A stretch of DNA of 64,000 nucleotides, taken from Antedon mediterranea. Lineage: Eukaryota; Animalia; Echinodermata. Below are positions 1-15,000 of the stretch, in pieces. The stretch spans positions 34,150,388 through 34,214,387 of the forward strand of contig NC_092670.1 in assembly GCF_964355755.1 (NCBI RefSeq). The letters are read 5' to 3'. The number at the start of each line of letters is the position of its first letter. Within the stretch, counting starts at the first letter, position 1. A program made the translations under genes and the position numbers. Below the pieces are notes generated by a model that was given only the letters and a program-made list of their open reading frames with translations, ran no database searches and was not told the origin of the DNA.

Positions 1-3000
1 AGAAATCAAGCATAACACATTCTCCAGCATTCATACAAGGTTGTGATTTACAAGGATCCACAACTAAAAAGTAAATAATACTAATATTTAGATAGTCAGT
101 AGTCTAGATTTTAGATGGCACTTCAACTTAATATTGATGAAAAGATAAATATTTTGGCACACATGGCCTTTCATATGTATAATACTTGAGTTGGAAGTTT
201 AGATAATCATAATCCAATGCAGATATTACCTAACAAAGTATGTCTAGACTACTACACAATTCAACAATGTTTTGTGTCTCCAGATCCTTACTACACGCTC
301 AAAACACAGACATAACCAATAATGACCAATGCTGTGCATATCATTATGTATGTTAAAATCATTTTTGGATAATGGATAAATATGTTTTAAGATGTGAAAA
401 ACAGTAAAGGCATTCGGCCAACAGAGACTAAGTATGCTGTAATCCAGGTAAATAAATATTCAAAAGTAAGCTAGGGTTAAAGTAAATTAAATTCAAGCAA
501 CTTAACATATGTTATGATGAATGGCAGCATTTCACTTGTAATGACCGCCACACCACCAGTCGTCCTAATAATGTGTCTTGGATACAAAGTGAAGCAATGC
601 CAATCATCATAACATAAGTACCATTGCTTAGATTTTATTTTACTAATAATAATTTACACAGACCAACAGTAACTATAAGTGGAAAACTGCCTAACTTGTT
701 CCACCTAAAATTAGTATCTATCTTGAGTGGGTTTTCTGGTCAACCAAATGGTCATAAGAAATAATGTAGATTGTTTTCTGCTTATCGTTTACCGTTTACT
801 GCTACTGCTCGTCTATGTATATTGGCCTTTGTGACGGTGGTAATTAAACATGAATATACAAAAAAAACCCATACCTTCATCACAATAATCTCCTGTGTAA
901 GAATCAGTACAATGACACACAGCCTCTAAAGATGATTCTTCTCCAGGGCGTGTGGTGCACCTACCAAAATGATTACATGGAGATGGCGAACATGGGTTTC
1001 TTATCTCACCTTAAAATTGAATAAAATAAATAATCTGTCAATCAACAGGGTAATACATCAATATCAATCAATATAAAATAAAAACAAAAGTACAGATAAC
1101 ATTTTCCAAAAATAATACATAATAAATGAAAAAAGGGGTAACCCACTGGAAGCTTCTATATCATGTTAATATATAATTGGCTCAGGCTATATATTGTGAC
1201 AGTATTGTAGTTTATAAAAATTTCAAAACTGATGAGATTTAATAAGATTCAAAGAGAACAGTTATGATATATTTTGAAAACATTAAAGATACAAATTAAG
1301 GAAAAAAATGATTACATTTGTCACCCAAATACTCTTCAGTACAACTACATGTGTAAGTTAGAAAATCAACCATGCATTCGCCACCATTCAGACACGGTTG
1401 TGATTTGCAAGGATCCACAACTAAAAAAAAATGGTTAGTTACATTATTTTAAATCCAGTAATTGCCTAACAAAATTAAGTTTATATTACATCTAACTACA
1501 AAATCCCTAATAATGTATTGCCATCTTAATACAGTATGACTAATTAATGTACATGTACGGTACAGATCCCAATAAGCCTAGAGGGCTTCAAGCCCAAAAG
1601 AGCTTCAAGCCCAAAAAAGCTTCAAGCCCAAGAGAGCTTCAAGCCCAAGAGAGCTTCAAGCCCTAGAGAGCTTCAAGCCCAAGAGTGCTTCAAGCCCTAG
1701 AGAGCTTCAAGCCCAAAAGAGCTTCAAGCCCTAGAGAGCTTCAAGCCCAAGAGAGCTTCAAGCCCAAGAGAGCTTTAAGCCCAAGAGTGCTTCAAGCCCT
1801 GGAGAGCCCACGAGAGCTTCAAGCCCAAGAGTGCTTCAAGCCATAGAGAGCTTCAAGCCCTAGAGAGTTTTAAGCCTCAGTTTCAGCAGAACAAAATACT
1901 ACTAGTAATAATAGTAAAATTCTAAAAATAACTCACCTTCTCCACAATATTCTCCAGTGTATCCTTGCTTACATGAACATTCAAATCCTTTTGAAGAATC
2001 CGTTTCAGGGTCTTTAGCAACGCGACAGGTAGCTCCGTTCAAACAAGGGGAACTTACGCACGGATTCACATCTTAAATAATATAATAAATATATATTTAA
2101 ATCATAGAGTTTTTTTAGTAGAATAATTAGGTAAAACAAAAATGTATTAATGATTATCAGTAATCTCTTTTAATTATTAGGTTCAGTTCCTTCCGTTTTA
2201 TAGGCTACAAAATTTATCAGTGGCGTAACGCAAGAAGAAAAGATCCTGTTTTAGCACTCCAACGGTAGTTGTATAGGGGCTGCTCATGCTCTTGGGGCCC
2301 CTTGGTTTAGCCATTGAGTGCTTCACTGGAGCTGATGTGCGAAAGTTCAATCCCCACGGGTTATTAACTTGCATGTAAAAAAAAGTTGTACCATTTCATT
2401 ATCTCTTAAAATGAAACTGGATTACTTTACCGTTTTTGAAACTCTATGACTCAGATATATATTTATTATAATATTATCACTCAATGAATATTGTTCATCT
2501 AATGTTTTGAAAAACCTCGTTGAGAGAGACGATTTAGATTATGCGAATTTGAGCTGTATCTTTCATTCATATTTTATATGCTACCTAGATCGCAGCTGCA
2601 TATGTTGCAAAAATATGAATTTGTATATTTTCAAATGATTAATAAAAATATGAATAATTATACATATTTTACCATCATCATTTCATAATTATCAATCTCC
2701 TGAATGATTAAAACAGTTCTTAATTGGTTCATGAGTGACGAGAGAACTAATATATTTGTAAAGAAGATGCAAAGATACCTAGTTATAGGAACCACTGTTT
2801 AATACTCATTTTGAATAAAAATGAATATTTTATACAGTATTGTATAAATATTCGCTGAGAATATGCATTGAGAATGTTATGAAAATCGGTAGAGGTAAAT
2901 TTGCGTTTCTGTCCTGTCTGTTATATAGCCCCATTCCAATAGTCATTGCTCATGGAGCTGCAAAAATATTAAAAAACAATCAAGCCTATTTTTCACTAGA

Positions 3001-6000
3001 AAAAATGCGTATCCTGTTTCCATCATCTAAATCCCTCTCTGCGACAAATTCTAGTTCCTTGAGTTTTTCGCTTTAGCAAAATTGGTCTTTTGAATTGTTT
3101 CCACATTTTGATCAGCAGACATGCGATGAACATGAAAATTTGCTCATTCTAGTGGAAGGGTAGCATGAATTTTTTCTTCGTAAAACGTTGGATTGGTGCG
3201 AACAAATTCGCCTAGTGCAAAATCGGCTTTACACTTCAAATACTGGGACAGCTTAATGAACCCTAGGTCAAGGGATATATTGACCTCGATACAATACAAG
3301 AGTGCTATGTCTAAACTCGCAATTGTAAACAATAAAATTTCCTTCCTCGCAAATTGAAAGTATGATTGTACAATTTTAAGAAAAATAAGTGACCTGGTTG
3401 AGACAGTGATTGAAAGTGATATGATGTCATCATGTCTATATATGGTCACATCACATTTTTGTCACATAAAGTGTGACAGTGTAAACAGATCTTAAAAGTA
3501 ATAATGCTCACTAACCTTTACATACTGGCATATCATCAAAATTGTAAGACCCATCCATGCAACTTATAAACGAACTTCCTTCATACACAAAATTCTCTTC
3601 ACAAACAACGTATACGTTTGTTCCATGACGAAAGTCACCGACGACCATGCCATTTTCAATATAAAATGGGTCACAGTTAACTAAAAATAAATGTATCTAA
3701 TGATGTTTATATTTATTTTAGATACTCTGCCCATATCAGTAAACAATACAAATATGACCATAAACAAACAATACATGATTAATATTTTATATATAAAAAA
3801 TCTATTGATGTCTGAGATGAGGTCCCATAGGTTCAATTTAGGCTGATGAACTCTGGTTAGCGACGAGGTTTGGCTTCTTTTGTTTTTCTCTCAGTTTGTA
3901 AGTTCAGTGCTTAGAGGTTTCACAACATTAGGTGCTTTATAAATACAGGATAAACAGATTAAATTAAAATAAAAATGTACATTTTTTAAGGAACATCACA
4001 AGATGTTTCCTTCATCTTCTAGGCATCTGCTTTCAATCTCTGACTATCATTATCTTCTTGCATTGGTTTTTTTTTCTTTTTTGTCAGAATTTGTAAATAA
4101 ATGTTATGAAAGAAAATAAAATAATACATACGATGGCATGAGGGGGTGCTTCCTCCATACACACCATCTACGCACTTTCGTTGACGATTTCCAACTAGAG
4201 TAAAGCCTTCTGAGCATGTATATGTTATGTACTCATTATGTTTCGTTGAACCAGCCACATCACCATGTGGTATCCCAAGAGGCAATACACAATTTTCTAG
4301 AAAAAAGTAAATGTATCTAGACATTTGCCGACTTTCCGCATAATACAATAACAATTCTAAATCATGTTGGTGCAGTACCCGCTGCTTACTTGTGCTTGAA
4401 TCTAAACCCTAGACATTAGTGCGAGCTCGGTGGTCTAGAGGTATGAATTGGAGGTCGTGGGTTGGAGTCCCACTCATGCCTAACCTAAATTTTGGACAAC
4501 AAATTTCTCAAAAGCAATAACAAAAGCAAATAATGATTTTGGCAACATCAAATAACTAGAAAGCCACTGCGAGAGTGCATACCTCCGCCTACTGTAAAAT
4601 TCTCCTACATAAGATTTCTCTCCAGTAAAATATATATCTATATATATTTGTGTGTGTCTTAATGCTGTTTGTGATTTAGGCTAATTTCACTACAAGCATG
4701 TGTATGCGAGTTTGGTGTAATGGTTATGTAACAATTAGCAATATGGTTCAGTTGACTAACAATAGAACAGCAAGGCGAAAATCAAACGAGTGAATTTGAA
4801 AAGAAATTTGTTTTTTAAACTACTCGCATCAACAAACGTGCACATTAAATCAAGTTATCGCATAGCGCGATACTTGGCCAAATCAAAATTGGCCTCCTGA
4901 CATTGACCCAATTTTCACCAAAAGTGTGTGTCTCATGCTGTGTGATTTAGGCTAATTTCACTACAATCATGTGTATACGAGTTTGGTGTCAAGGTTATGT
5001 TCAACTAACAATAGCTTCGGTCGACTAACAATAGAACAGCAACGCGACAAACACACGGGTGAATTTGAAAAGAATTAGGTTTTTTAAAGTATTCGCATCA
5101 AAAAACCTTTATATTAAATCAACTTATGTTTTAAAATTACAAATCACAAATTATAACTCTTGCCTCTTGTACAAAAATGAAGTTTTTGGGAGAAGTAGTT
5201 CTCGAGAAAATGCAATTTTAGTTTACTTGTTAATTTAAAACTGCTCACCGGCTTTTGATAATTCTGTCCTATCTTTTAACACTAGCAGGTCTGAAAATAA
5301 TTTTTAAAAGTGGTCCACAATTGGGACTGTGGTCCAGATTTTAACCAAAATTGGGCAGTGTCGTCCTTGCATCCAATTATTTTCGCATTTCTAATGAATG
5401 TATGAGAATTTTGCGAAAATAAGTAGTAAGACAACTGCATGAGTAAAACTTACCATTACTGCAGAACTCTCCTGTGAATCCATCTAAACACAAACACTCA
5501 AATCCTTCTGTTCCCGGTGCATCAGTTATGCGACAATTAGCTCCATTCAAACAAGGGTCACTTGCGCATGGGTTGTTCCTTTCACCTTAAAACAAATAAA
5601 ATAAGAATGTTATGTGGTGTAATTGGCATCTTTCCCACCTTTATAACCTATAACACTCGTACATGGGCAGGGCCTTTCACCCTTAAAACAAATACAATTT
5701 ACATGTTATGCAGTGTAAATGGAATTTCTCCCTCCCTCCTTAATAAGAACTGTTGCACATGACATTGAAAGCGCAAACATAAATATGCCCACGTCTATAG
5801 CATATAATAACTAGTTGAGTGAAGTGTTTGAGATGTAATAAGACGGGTATTGAAAACCACATTCCTAATATTGACACAGGTTCAGGCACTCCTCCACCAT
5901 AGTTCTGGTGGCAGAACAAGTCACCTTACCCTGGTATTTTGGACTGTTTATCACATTGGGCTACCAGTTGAACCACTTTGTTACGGAAACAACAAGAGTA

Positions 6001-9000
6001 CGGCTCTATGTTCCAAGGGGATGAAAAGGAAATAACTAATAAACATCTCTGAACACAGTCCATAATCATTTGACTATTAGCAGAAATTATAGATCATCAA
6101 CACATCAACGGCCACAGTATATAAGAAACCATCCATCAAACACCATATATAGACATATTTTATTGTGACATAATAAATAAAATGTACGACTCATCTTCCC
6201 ATTGCAATCAAATTATAAAATCCATGAAACATTAATTAGAAAAAAAACACAATAAAAGGTTACAATATCAAAAAAGTAGAAAAATATTGTACATCACAAC
6301 TATTGTTTAAAACTATTTATAGAACTGATAATATTACAAAACAAAATTATTTATTTTTTTTTTTTTAAATACAAAACCTTTAAACAGTACACCACAGATA
6401 AATTTTTAAACACCACAACACTTAGCAAAAAGTCAAATGCCAACACCAACACCTTCATTACCTCCGCCAAGGAGGTTATGTTTTCACCCCTGTATGTATG
6501 TTTGTGTGTGTGTTGGGGTGTTTGTGTGTGTGTCTGTGAACAGCCTGGAGGCCACAGTTTTTATCCGCTTCTAACCAAATTTGGACACAATGATCTATGC
6601 CCAAAAAGCTCGGACGAGTTCAAATTTGAGGGAGAAAGGTCATAGGTCAAAGTCACAACTAACAAAAAACTATATTACTGCCTAGAGACCACAGTTTTGA
6701 TCCGATTCTCACCAAACTTAGCCACAATGATCAATGACTCATCATATAATTTTTGTTACATTTTGAAGGGTCAGGGTTAAAGATCAAGGTCCACAAAAAA
6801 AAAAAAAAATAACAAAATAGAAAAAAACTCTCAGCCGGACTTGAACCAGGGACCTTAACTGTGAGAGGTTGGATACATAACCATTACACCAAACTCTCAT
6901 CCACAACTTTGTAGTGTGCAGTTAGCCTATTTACACTTTAGAACTAATAAAAAAAATGTTTAAAAAAAAACATTTTCGGGGGGAATTTTATGTAGGGGAA
7001 TTTTACAGTAGGCGGAGGTTTGTACTCTCGGAGTACCCTCTAGTATTGTACTTACAATTGACTCCTGTATATTCTTTTGGACACAAACATGTGTAAGATG
7101 TAGGAGTGTCCGAACAAGTTCCATTATTAAGGCACGGTTTAGCGCGACAAGTATGCAGAATTATTGTAGAACTACTGCTGCTCACAACAACACTGCTACT
7201 GTCATAGTCAGGTGATGAATAGTCTATTGGTGATGATGAACTCGACTCCACTAAATTCAGAATATATAAATATTACAAAAATCCTTATTGTGTAAATTAA
7301 CTAGAAATCTAGTTTTAGTTTTTCCATGACCTAGGTAATCTTATGGACGTAGCAGATGAGAGACGGTAGTAGTACTCATCATGATATGATACACAGGCAT
7401 AAGCCATATCTCCCAGTGGTGCGTATCTTTTTGCTGGCTGGCCGTCATTGGTTATCCTGAAACGACGTCCCTTGTGGCTGGTTTTTTTTAGTACCAACTG
7501 GGTATGAATGATTTTTTTCTTTCTTTTGCAGGTATCACACACCTTTATTATTTTATTATCAATCCTTTAATATACACATAATTATACGTTGCACATTGCA
7601 TATCAAATTACATTTTCACTTTTTGTTGTATATGCATATGCTATAACCATGGACCTAGGTCCATGCTATAACATATGCCATGGTACTGTAAAATAATGCT
7701 ACTAAATTTAAAATGATGGCAATTCCATCACAGAATCAGTGTTTTAGTTCATAGTTCATTTTATTTATCCAAGAAGAAATTCATGTTTACATGCAATCGC
7801 TCAAAATTAGTTGAAAGTTTAGTAAGCTTAACAAACAAAAAGACAATAATATTTAAAATATACAACATATCTACAAAATTAATCTGATAAATAATGATTA
7901 ACTAATTGATTCAAAGGTCTGATTGAATGTGGAATAAAATAATTAAGGAAGCGTTTTGTTCTACCTTGGAGGATGACCTGGAGGTAGAATAGAAATGAGA
8001 ATAGAAAGCTCGGCAAGTAGGCCTTAAGGAAAAAATATAAACAATGAAACCAACTTCCTCCCATCAAGCGAAAGTAGAACTAGACAATACTAAATATTTT
8101 TTATTACTTTAATACAATAATTTTAATTAATAATATGTCCTCTTTTATATATGAATTTATGAATTTTGTGAAAATTACTTGACATGGCGATTGTTCATTA
8201 GCTTTTGTTATGCCTACGTAGTCAAACATCTACATGAGTTGAACTTACCAATACCGCAGAAATTTCCTGTGAATCCATCTAAACACAAACACTCAAATCC
8301 TTCTGTTCCAGGTGCATCAGTTACGCGACAACTAGCTCCATTCAAACAAGGATAACTTGCACATGGATTGATCCTTTCACCTTAAAACAAATAAAACAAG
8401 ACTGTTATGTGATGTAATTGGCATCCTTCGTTCCTTAATAACCTACTTGCACATGGGCTCGGCCTTTCATCTTAAAAACAAATACAATTAAACTCTTATG
8501 CAGTGTAAATAAAATTTCTCCCTCACTCCATATTAAGTACTGTTGCACACATGACATTGAAAGCGCATATATAATAAATATGCCCACGTCTATAATAACA
8601 TACCTAGTTGAGTGAAGTGTTTGAGATGTAATAAGACGGGCATTGAAAACCACAGTCCTAATATTGACTCAGGTTCAGGCACTTCTTCCCCATAGTTCTG
8701 GTGGCAGAACAAGTCACCTTACCCTGGTATTTTGGACTATTTATCACATTGGGCAACCAGTTGAACCACTTTTGTTACGGAAACAACAAGAGTGGCTCTA
8801 TGTTTCATGGGGATAAAAAGGAAATAACTAATAAACATCTTTGAACACAGTCCATTATCATTTGAATATTAGCAGAAATTATAGATCATCAACACATCAA
8901 CGGCCACAGTATATAAGAAACCATCCATCAAACACCATATATAGACATATTTTATTGTGACATAATAAATAAAATGTACGACTCATCTTCCCATTACAAT

Positions 9001-12000
9001 CAAATTAAAAAATCCATGAAACATTAATTAGAAAAAAACACAATAAAAGGTTACAATATCAAAAAAGTAGAAAAATATTGTACATCACAACTATTGTTTA
9101 AAACTATTTATAGAACTGATAATATTACAAAACAAAATTATTTATTTTTTTTATTAAAAATACAAAACCTTTAAACAGTACACCACAGATAAATTTTCAA
9201 ACACCACAACACTTAGCAAAAAGTCAAATGCCAACACCAACACCTTCATATTGTACTTACAATTGACTCCTGTATATTCTTTTGGACACAAACATGTGTA
9301 AGATGTAGGAGTGTCCGAACAAGTTCCATTATTAAGGCACGGTTTAGCGCGACAAGTATGCAGAATTATTGTAGAACTACTGCTGCTCACAACAACACTG
9401 CTACTATCATAGTCAGGTGATGAATAGTCTATTGGTGATGATGAACTCGACTCCACTAAAGCAGACAGAATATAAAAATATTACAAAAATCCTTATTGTG
9501 TAAATTCACTAAAAATCAGTTCTAGTTTTCCCATGACCTAGGTAATCTTATGGACGTAGCAGATGAGATACGGTAGTAGTACTCATCATGATATGATACA
9601 CAGGCATAAGCCATATCTCCCAGTGGTGCCTATCTTTTTGCTGGCTGGCCGTCATTGGTTATCCTGAACCGACGTCCCTTGTGGCTGGTTTTTTTTTAGT
9701 ACCAACTGGGTGTCCAACCACCCCGCACACCTTGCTCCTAAAGGAGTTGATGTGGGTACGGGTTTAGTCGCCTGTGTGTGACAGTGGCTGCATAACTACG
9801 GTTCCACTGTCTTAACTGCTCGGCCACTCACTCACTAGAGATCAGTCCAGAAAAATGATTTTTTTTTTCTCTTTTGCGGGTATCGGCCACCTTTATTATT
9901 CTATTATCATTTATTTTATATACATATAATTACACATTGTATATCAAGTTGCATTTTTACTTTTTGTTGTATATGCATATGCTATAACCATGGACCATGC
10001 TATAACATATGCCATGGTACTGAAAAATAATGATAATAAATTTTAAATGTTGGCAATTCCATCACAGAATCTCATGTTCGTGATTTGGATAGAAATGAAA
10101 ATGCATCAATTTTTAAATCATGTTGTCATAGCTACCATGTTTCTGCAGCATACCTAAATTTATTAGATACATTTTATAAAAAGTGTAAATTCACATCTGC
10201 ACTTTCTAATTGTTGATCTATTTTTAAAATTAAATTTATTTATTTCGTCAAACACTGTGGTTTGGAAAGTGTCTTGCTTGCCATGAATAACAAATACACA
10301 AGAGCCAATCAAGGGCGTGTGGCACAGTGTGTTTGACGTTCGTCTACTGATCGAGGTTCGAATCCAACTCTCGCCGCATTGCTTGTAGGCAAGACACTTT
10401 ACTTACGTTTGCCTCTCTCCACCCAGGTGTATAAATGGGAACCGGTTAGATCAAGACACAACTTTGCGCTGATTACTAGCTGCCTTATGGGAGTATGTTT
10501 CCATACGTGTTTGATCAGGAAAAAATGACTGGGGTAATAATGTTCAGCGCTTAGAGGTTTCACAACATTAGGCACTATATAAATCCAGGATATTATTATT
10601 ATTATTAATCACATTTACGGCCTTAAATACATTCACACATGACTGCAACTTTTTGTTGAATATTTGTATGCACTGAAGTCGTATAAAGAATTGACAGTGC
10701 CGTCTTATATTTCCTGAAATATTTACTTATTACTAACCTTCACAACGGGGTGTTTCTGTTACAGTAAGCCTACCATCTAAACAGAGTGTAGACTGTGGAC
10801 CCACTAAAATGTAGCCAGCATGACATGAGAACTCAACCATCTGACCATGTCCAGTAAAAATGTCAGGACCATTCTCAAGTTGAGAAAAGCAATCAGCTAA
10901 ATACCAATAATTTTGAAACATGATAAAATACAATAGAAATATATGAGGATGGTTGTTTCATCCAGAAAATAATTTTAAGCTACTTTCAACTTTCAAAAAT
11001 ATGATGAATAATGACCTTCCAATTTCTTGTAGTTCACACCATAAATAGTGGCCTACAAAAAAGGGTACTCCTAGGCTCTCATAATTAGCATTGGTCTTTA
11101 AAAATGAACAAAGAGGCATTTTAATACTGGTTTTTAATATAACAAGACAAAAATTATGTATAGATGCAGTTATTATAGCAGGACACCTCCTTCGGGACAT
11201 TCCTAATAAGGATACATTTTCGAACGAGCAGCATTACATTTTCTGACTGGGACCCAAAGGTGTCCCTTTATATGCTGTAAATCTATGGGAGGCTTACATA
11301 AATACAGAGTAAAAATTTAAACTTCATAATTATTAGAATGTTGTAATCTTACAGTACCTTTACATGTTGGAATTTCATTGTCATATTTGCCATTTAGGCA
11401 GACAACAGAATCCGGCCCCACTAATGTATAGTCCAACATACATTCAATTGTGATCAAAGAACCAGGAGTAGGATCTCCAAATACACGTCCATTTGCAATT
11501 TTGAGTAATGGGCAACTTCCTAAATACATATGCAAAAAATGATATTAATATATTTCATTTAACTATTAATTAAGGTATATTTTATATTGTTTCCACAAAC
11601 ATTATCCAATATTATCAGGTGGCAATTTATTCAGAAAAAAAATGTTTAACATACAGTTACATACAAAGTTTGGTGGTTTAGAGGCTGTTTTGATGCGATA
11701 TTTAATAAGGAATATTGTCAAGAGTTTCCACCAACATTATCCAATAATACAGGTGGTAATTTATTCAGCTGAGAAACAGACACACTAAAGACTTTCACAC
11801 AGACAAAGGTTTGTGGTTTAGAGGCTGTTTTGATGCATTATCTGAAGAAGCCCTGGTTACTGTTACAAAGTCATTAAGTATGTCAGCCCAACTAATGTGT
11901 TTTTCCAAGGACAATTCATCAATAACTAAACTTCTTCACCACCCATAAGTGTGTCTGTTCAATTCCCTTTGACCAATGAACACCAATGTATCTGGACCTG

Positions 12001-15000
12001 AGTTTCTTGCTACACCTTGGGTGCAAATTATACAACTTATTGATGTTAAATTCACTGATAACTCTTTTCTGAATTGACGTAACTTTACTACTAAAGCTAG
12101 CCCGCATTTTGATGTACCAGCATCATGAACACCCAATAGTACGTCTTTATACAGGCGATGACGGCGAAAATAATCTGAATAGTTGTTTTTGTCTGCACCA
12201 GAAGGAGAGTACTCACATAGTGACTTGGTCACTTTTCTACAATCCGCCAGACTGGTGGCAGTTTTCTTATGTTTGTATTTTTTATTGTATTATATGTTTT
12301 ATATGTCTTCTGGAAAAATAAATGAATTGAATTGAATTGAATTGAATACAATTACACAATACAAACAACCAGAGGATCTTAAGTATAGCGTATAGTCGCC
12401 AGATTGGTGTCAGTTTTCTTGTGTTTGTATTTTTTATTATATTATATGTTTTATATGTCTTCTGAAAAATAAATGAATTGAATTGAATTGAATTGAATAC
12501 AATTACACAATACAAACAACCAGAGGATCTTAAGTATAGCGTATAGTCGCCAGATTGGTGTCAGTTTTCTTATGTTTGTATTTTTTATTATATTATATGT
12601 TTTTTATGTCTTTCTGGAAAAATAAATGAATTGAATTGAATTGTAAGATTCAAATAAAGTACAAAATGAAAATTTCCGACAAAAGTAGGGTTTTGCTAGA
12701 TCAGGTCACATTTACGTTTACTGTAGATAGACAAATTTGTTTCCATTTGTTAATACCAGAGAGTTGACAACTCCCTGTTAATACTAAGGCACTTTTCAAT
12801 TAAAATTCTAGCCTTATTGTTTTCTTGCAAGGTCATCACAGCTCCGGTTAGAACTCAGTGTTGCAATCAATTGACCAGTGAACAGCCCACTGTTTAACAA
12901 GCATAGTCCTTGAAACCGGCCGTAAAACACATTAATCTCACACATCAGTAATAGTTGAAAACCTCACTTTTTGAGGTTTTTAAACGTAACGGTAACCAAA
13001 TGGCCAATGGTAAGAAAAAATCTGGACCATCAGATTATGCACTGCATTTATATCATTGGATGGTATTGGTATCCTGTGTTTCTATTTAAAAATGGGTTTG
13101 TTTACCAGCAAGTTGTATGGTAATGTGTAAATAGGTAATTCAGTGTGCGTTAAAATCAGTGAGCTGTAAGCCAAAGGCTTGCGCACTCCAGACTGAAAAG
13201 TGATTCCAACAGCAGGAGAACCAGCAAGATGGCGGCCGTAAATGTGTTCAAAAGCATTATTTAATATAAAAAATAATAATCTAATATAATACTTTAAGAC
13301 CAAATAAATTACAACACATATTCTTGTCAAAGCACAGTGAAGTTTTTATAAAATGAAATATAATTATTGTTAATCGCAATAGAATGAATAATTTCTTGGT
13401 AATCTAGCATTTTTTGTATACGAGGATCAAATAGAATGCGTTCGCGTTTATATGCTTAACGCACTGCGTTGCGTATCATTCTCACGCAGATGGGCTCAAC
13501 ACAGGCGTAGTGCGTACTGCGTAGGGCATATCTGATTGGTCGATTGCAGCCGCCATCTTGTTGGTTCCCTCTCCATGGAGAATCACTTTTTGAACTGCGA
13601 TAACACTATAGACTGCTATCCAGCCTTCGGCTATTACAAATCACTGGTTAAAATAAATGTGTACAACTTTACCTTCTGGGTATTCACAGCGCTTTCCTAT
13701 ATAGCCTACTGGGCATGCACAATTATAGAAATCTTCAACATTGTCAGATGATTCCTCAAGATAGTCTTTAAAACATTCTCCTCCATTTTGGCACTCATTA
13801 TGTACACACTTTTCTGGAGAGTAATCAGACAATGTTAAGTTTCCACTTCAATAATTTAAAAAATGTTAATTGCAAATACAATTGGAATCAAAATCATCTA
13901 TATTATCAGCATTTTTTTCTTAAAAAGTGCAAAGTTGTATACAAAATTGAACAGTGCCATCTTATGTTTCCTGAAATATTTACTTATTACTAACCTTTGC
14001 ACTGAGGTGGTGTTTCTGTTACGGTACCATCTACACAGAGTGCGGACTGTGGACCCACTAAAACATAGCCAGCATGACATGAGAACTCAACCATCTCACC
14101 ATGTACAGCAATAACTTCAGGACCATTCTCAAGTTGAGAAATACAATATTCTAAATACCAACAAATTTGAAACATGATAAAATAGAAATATATGAGGATG
14201 GTGAATTCATCCAGAAAATAATTTAAGCCACTTTCAACAAATTCTGAGTCGTGCCCCTATAATGGGATAACCTTCCAATTTCTTGAAGTTCACACCATAA
14301 ATAGTGGCCTATAAAAAAGGGTACTCCTAGGCCCTCATAATTAGCTTTGGTCTTTAAATAAACAAAAAGGCATTGTAATACTGGTTTTTAATATTGCCAA
14401 GACAAAATTATGTATAGATGCAGTTATTATAGCAGGACACCTCCTTCGAGACACTCCTAATAAGGAGACATTTTCGAACAAGCATCAATACATTTTTTTA
14501 ACCTTTAAAGTTTAAGAAGATGCTTTACTGGGACTCAAAGGTGTCCCTTTATATACTGTACATCTATGGAAGGCTTACATAAATACAGAGTCAAAATTTA
14601 AACTTAATAATTATTAGAATGTTGCAATCTTACCTTTACATGCTGGAATTTCATTGTCATATTTGCCATTTAGGCAGACAACCGAATCCGGCCCCACTAA
14701 TGTATAGTACTCCATACATTCAAACGTGATCAAAGAACCAGGAGTAGGATCTCCAACTACATGTCCATGTGCAACTGTGAGTAATGGGCAACTTCCTAAA
14801 TACATATGCAAAAAATGATATTAATATATTTCATTTTAACTATTAATTAAGGTATATTGTCAAGAGTTTCCACCAACATTATCCAATATTATCAGGTGGT
14901 AATTTATCTAGAAAAACATGTTTAACATAGGCAAATATTTGTGGTTTAGAGGCTGTTTTGATGTGATATTTAATAAGACATATTGTCAGGAGTTTCCACG

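Noticed and set aside
6831-6896. tRNA gene
   Set aside because: A and B boxes are present but the stems are degenerate and it lies inside a mobile element; treated as tRNA-derived.
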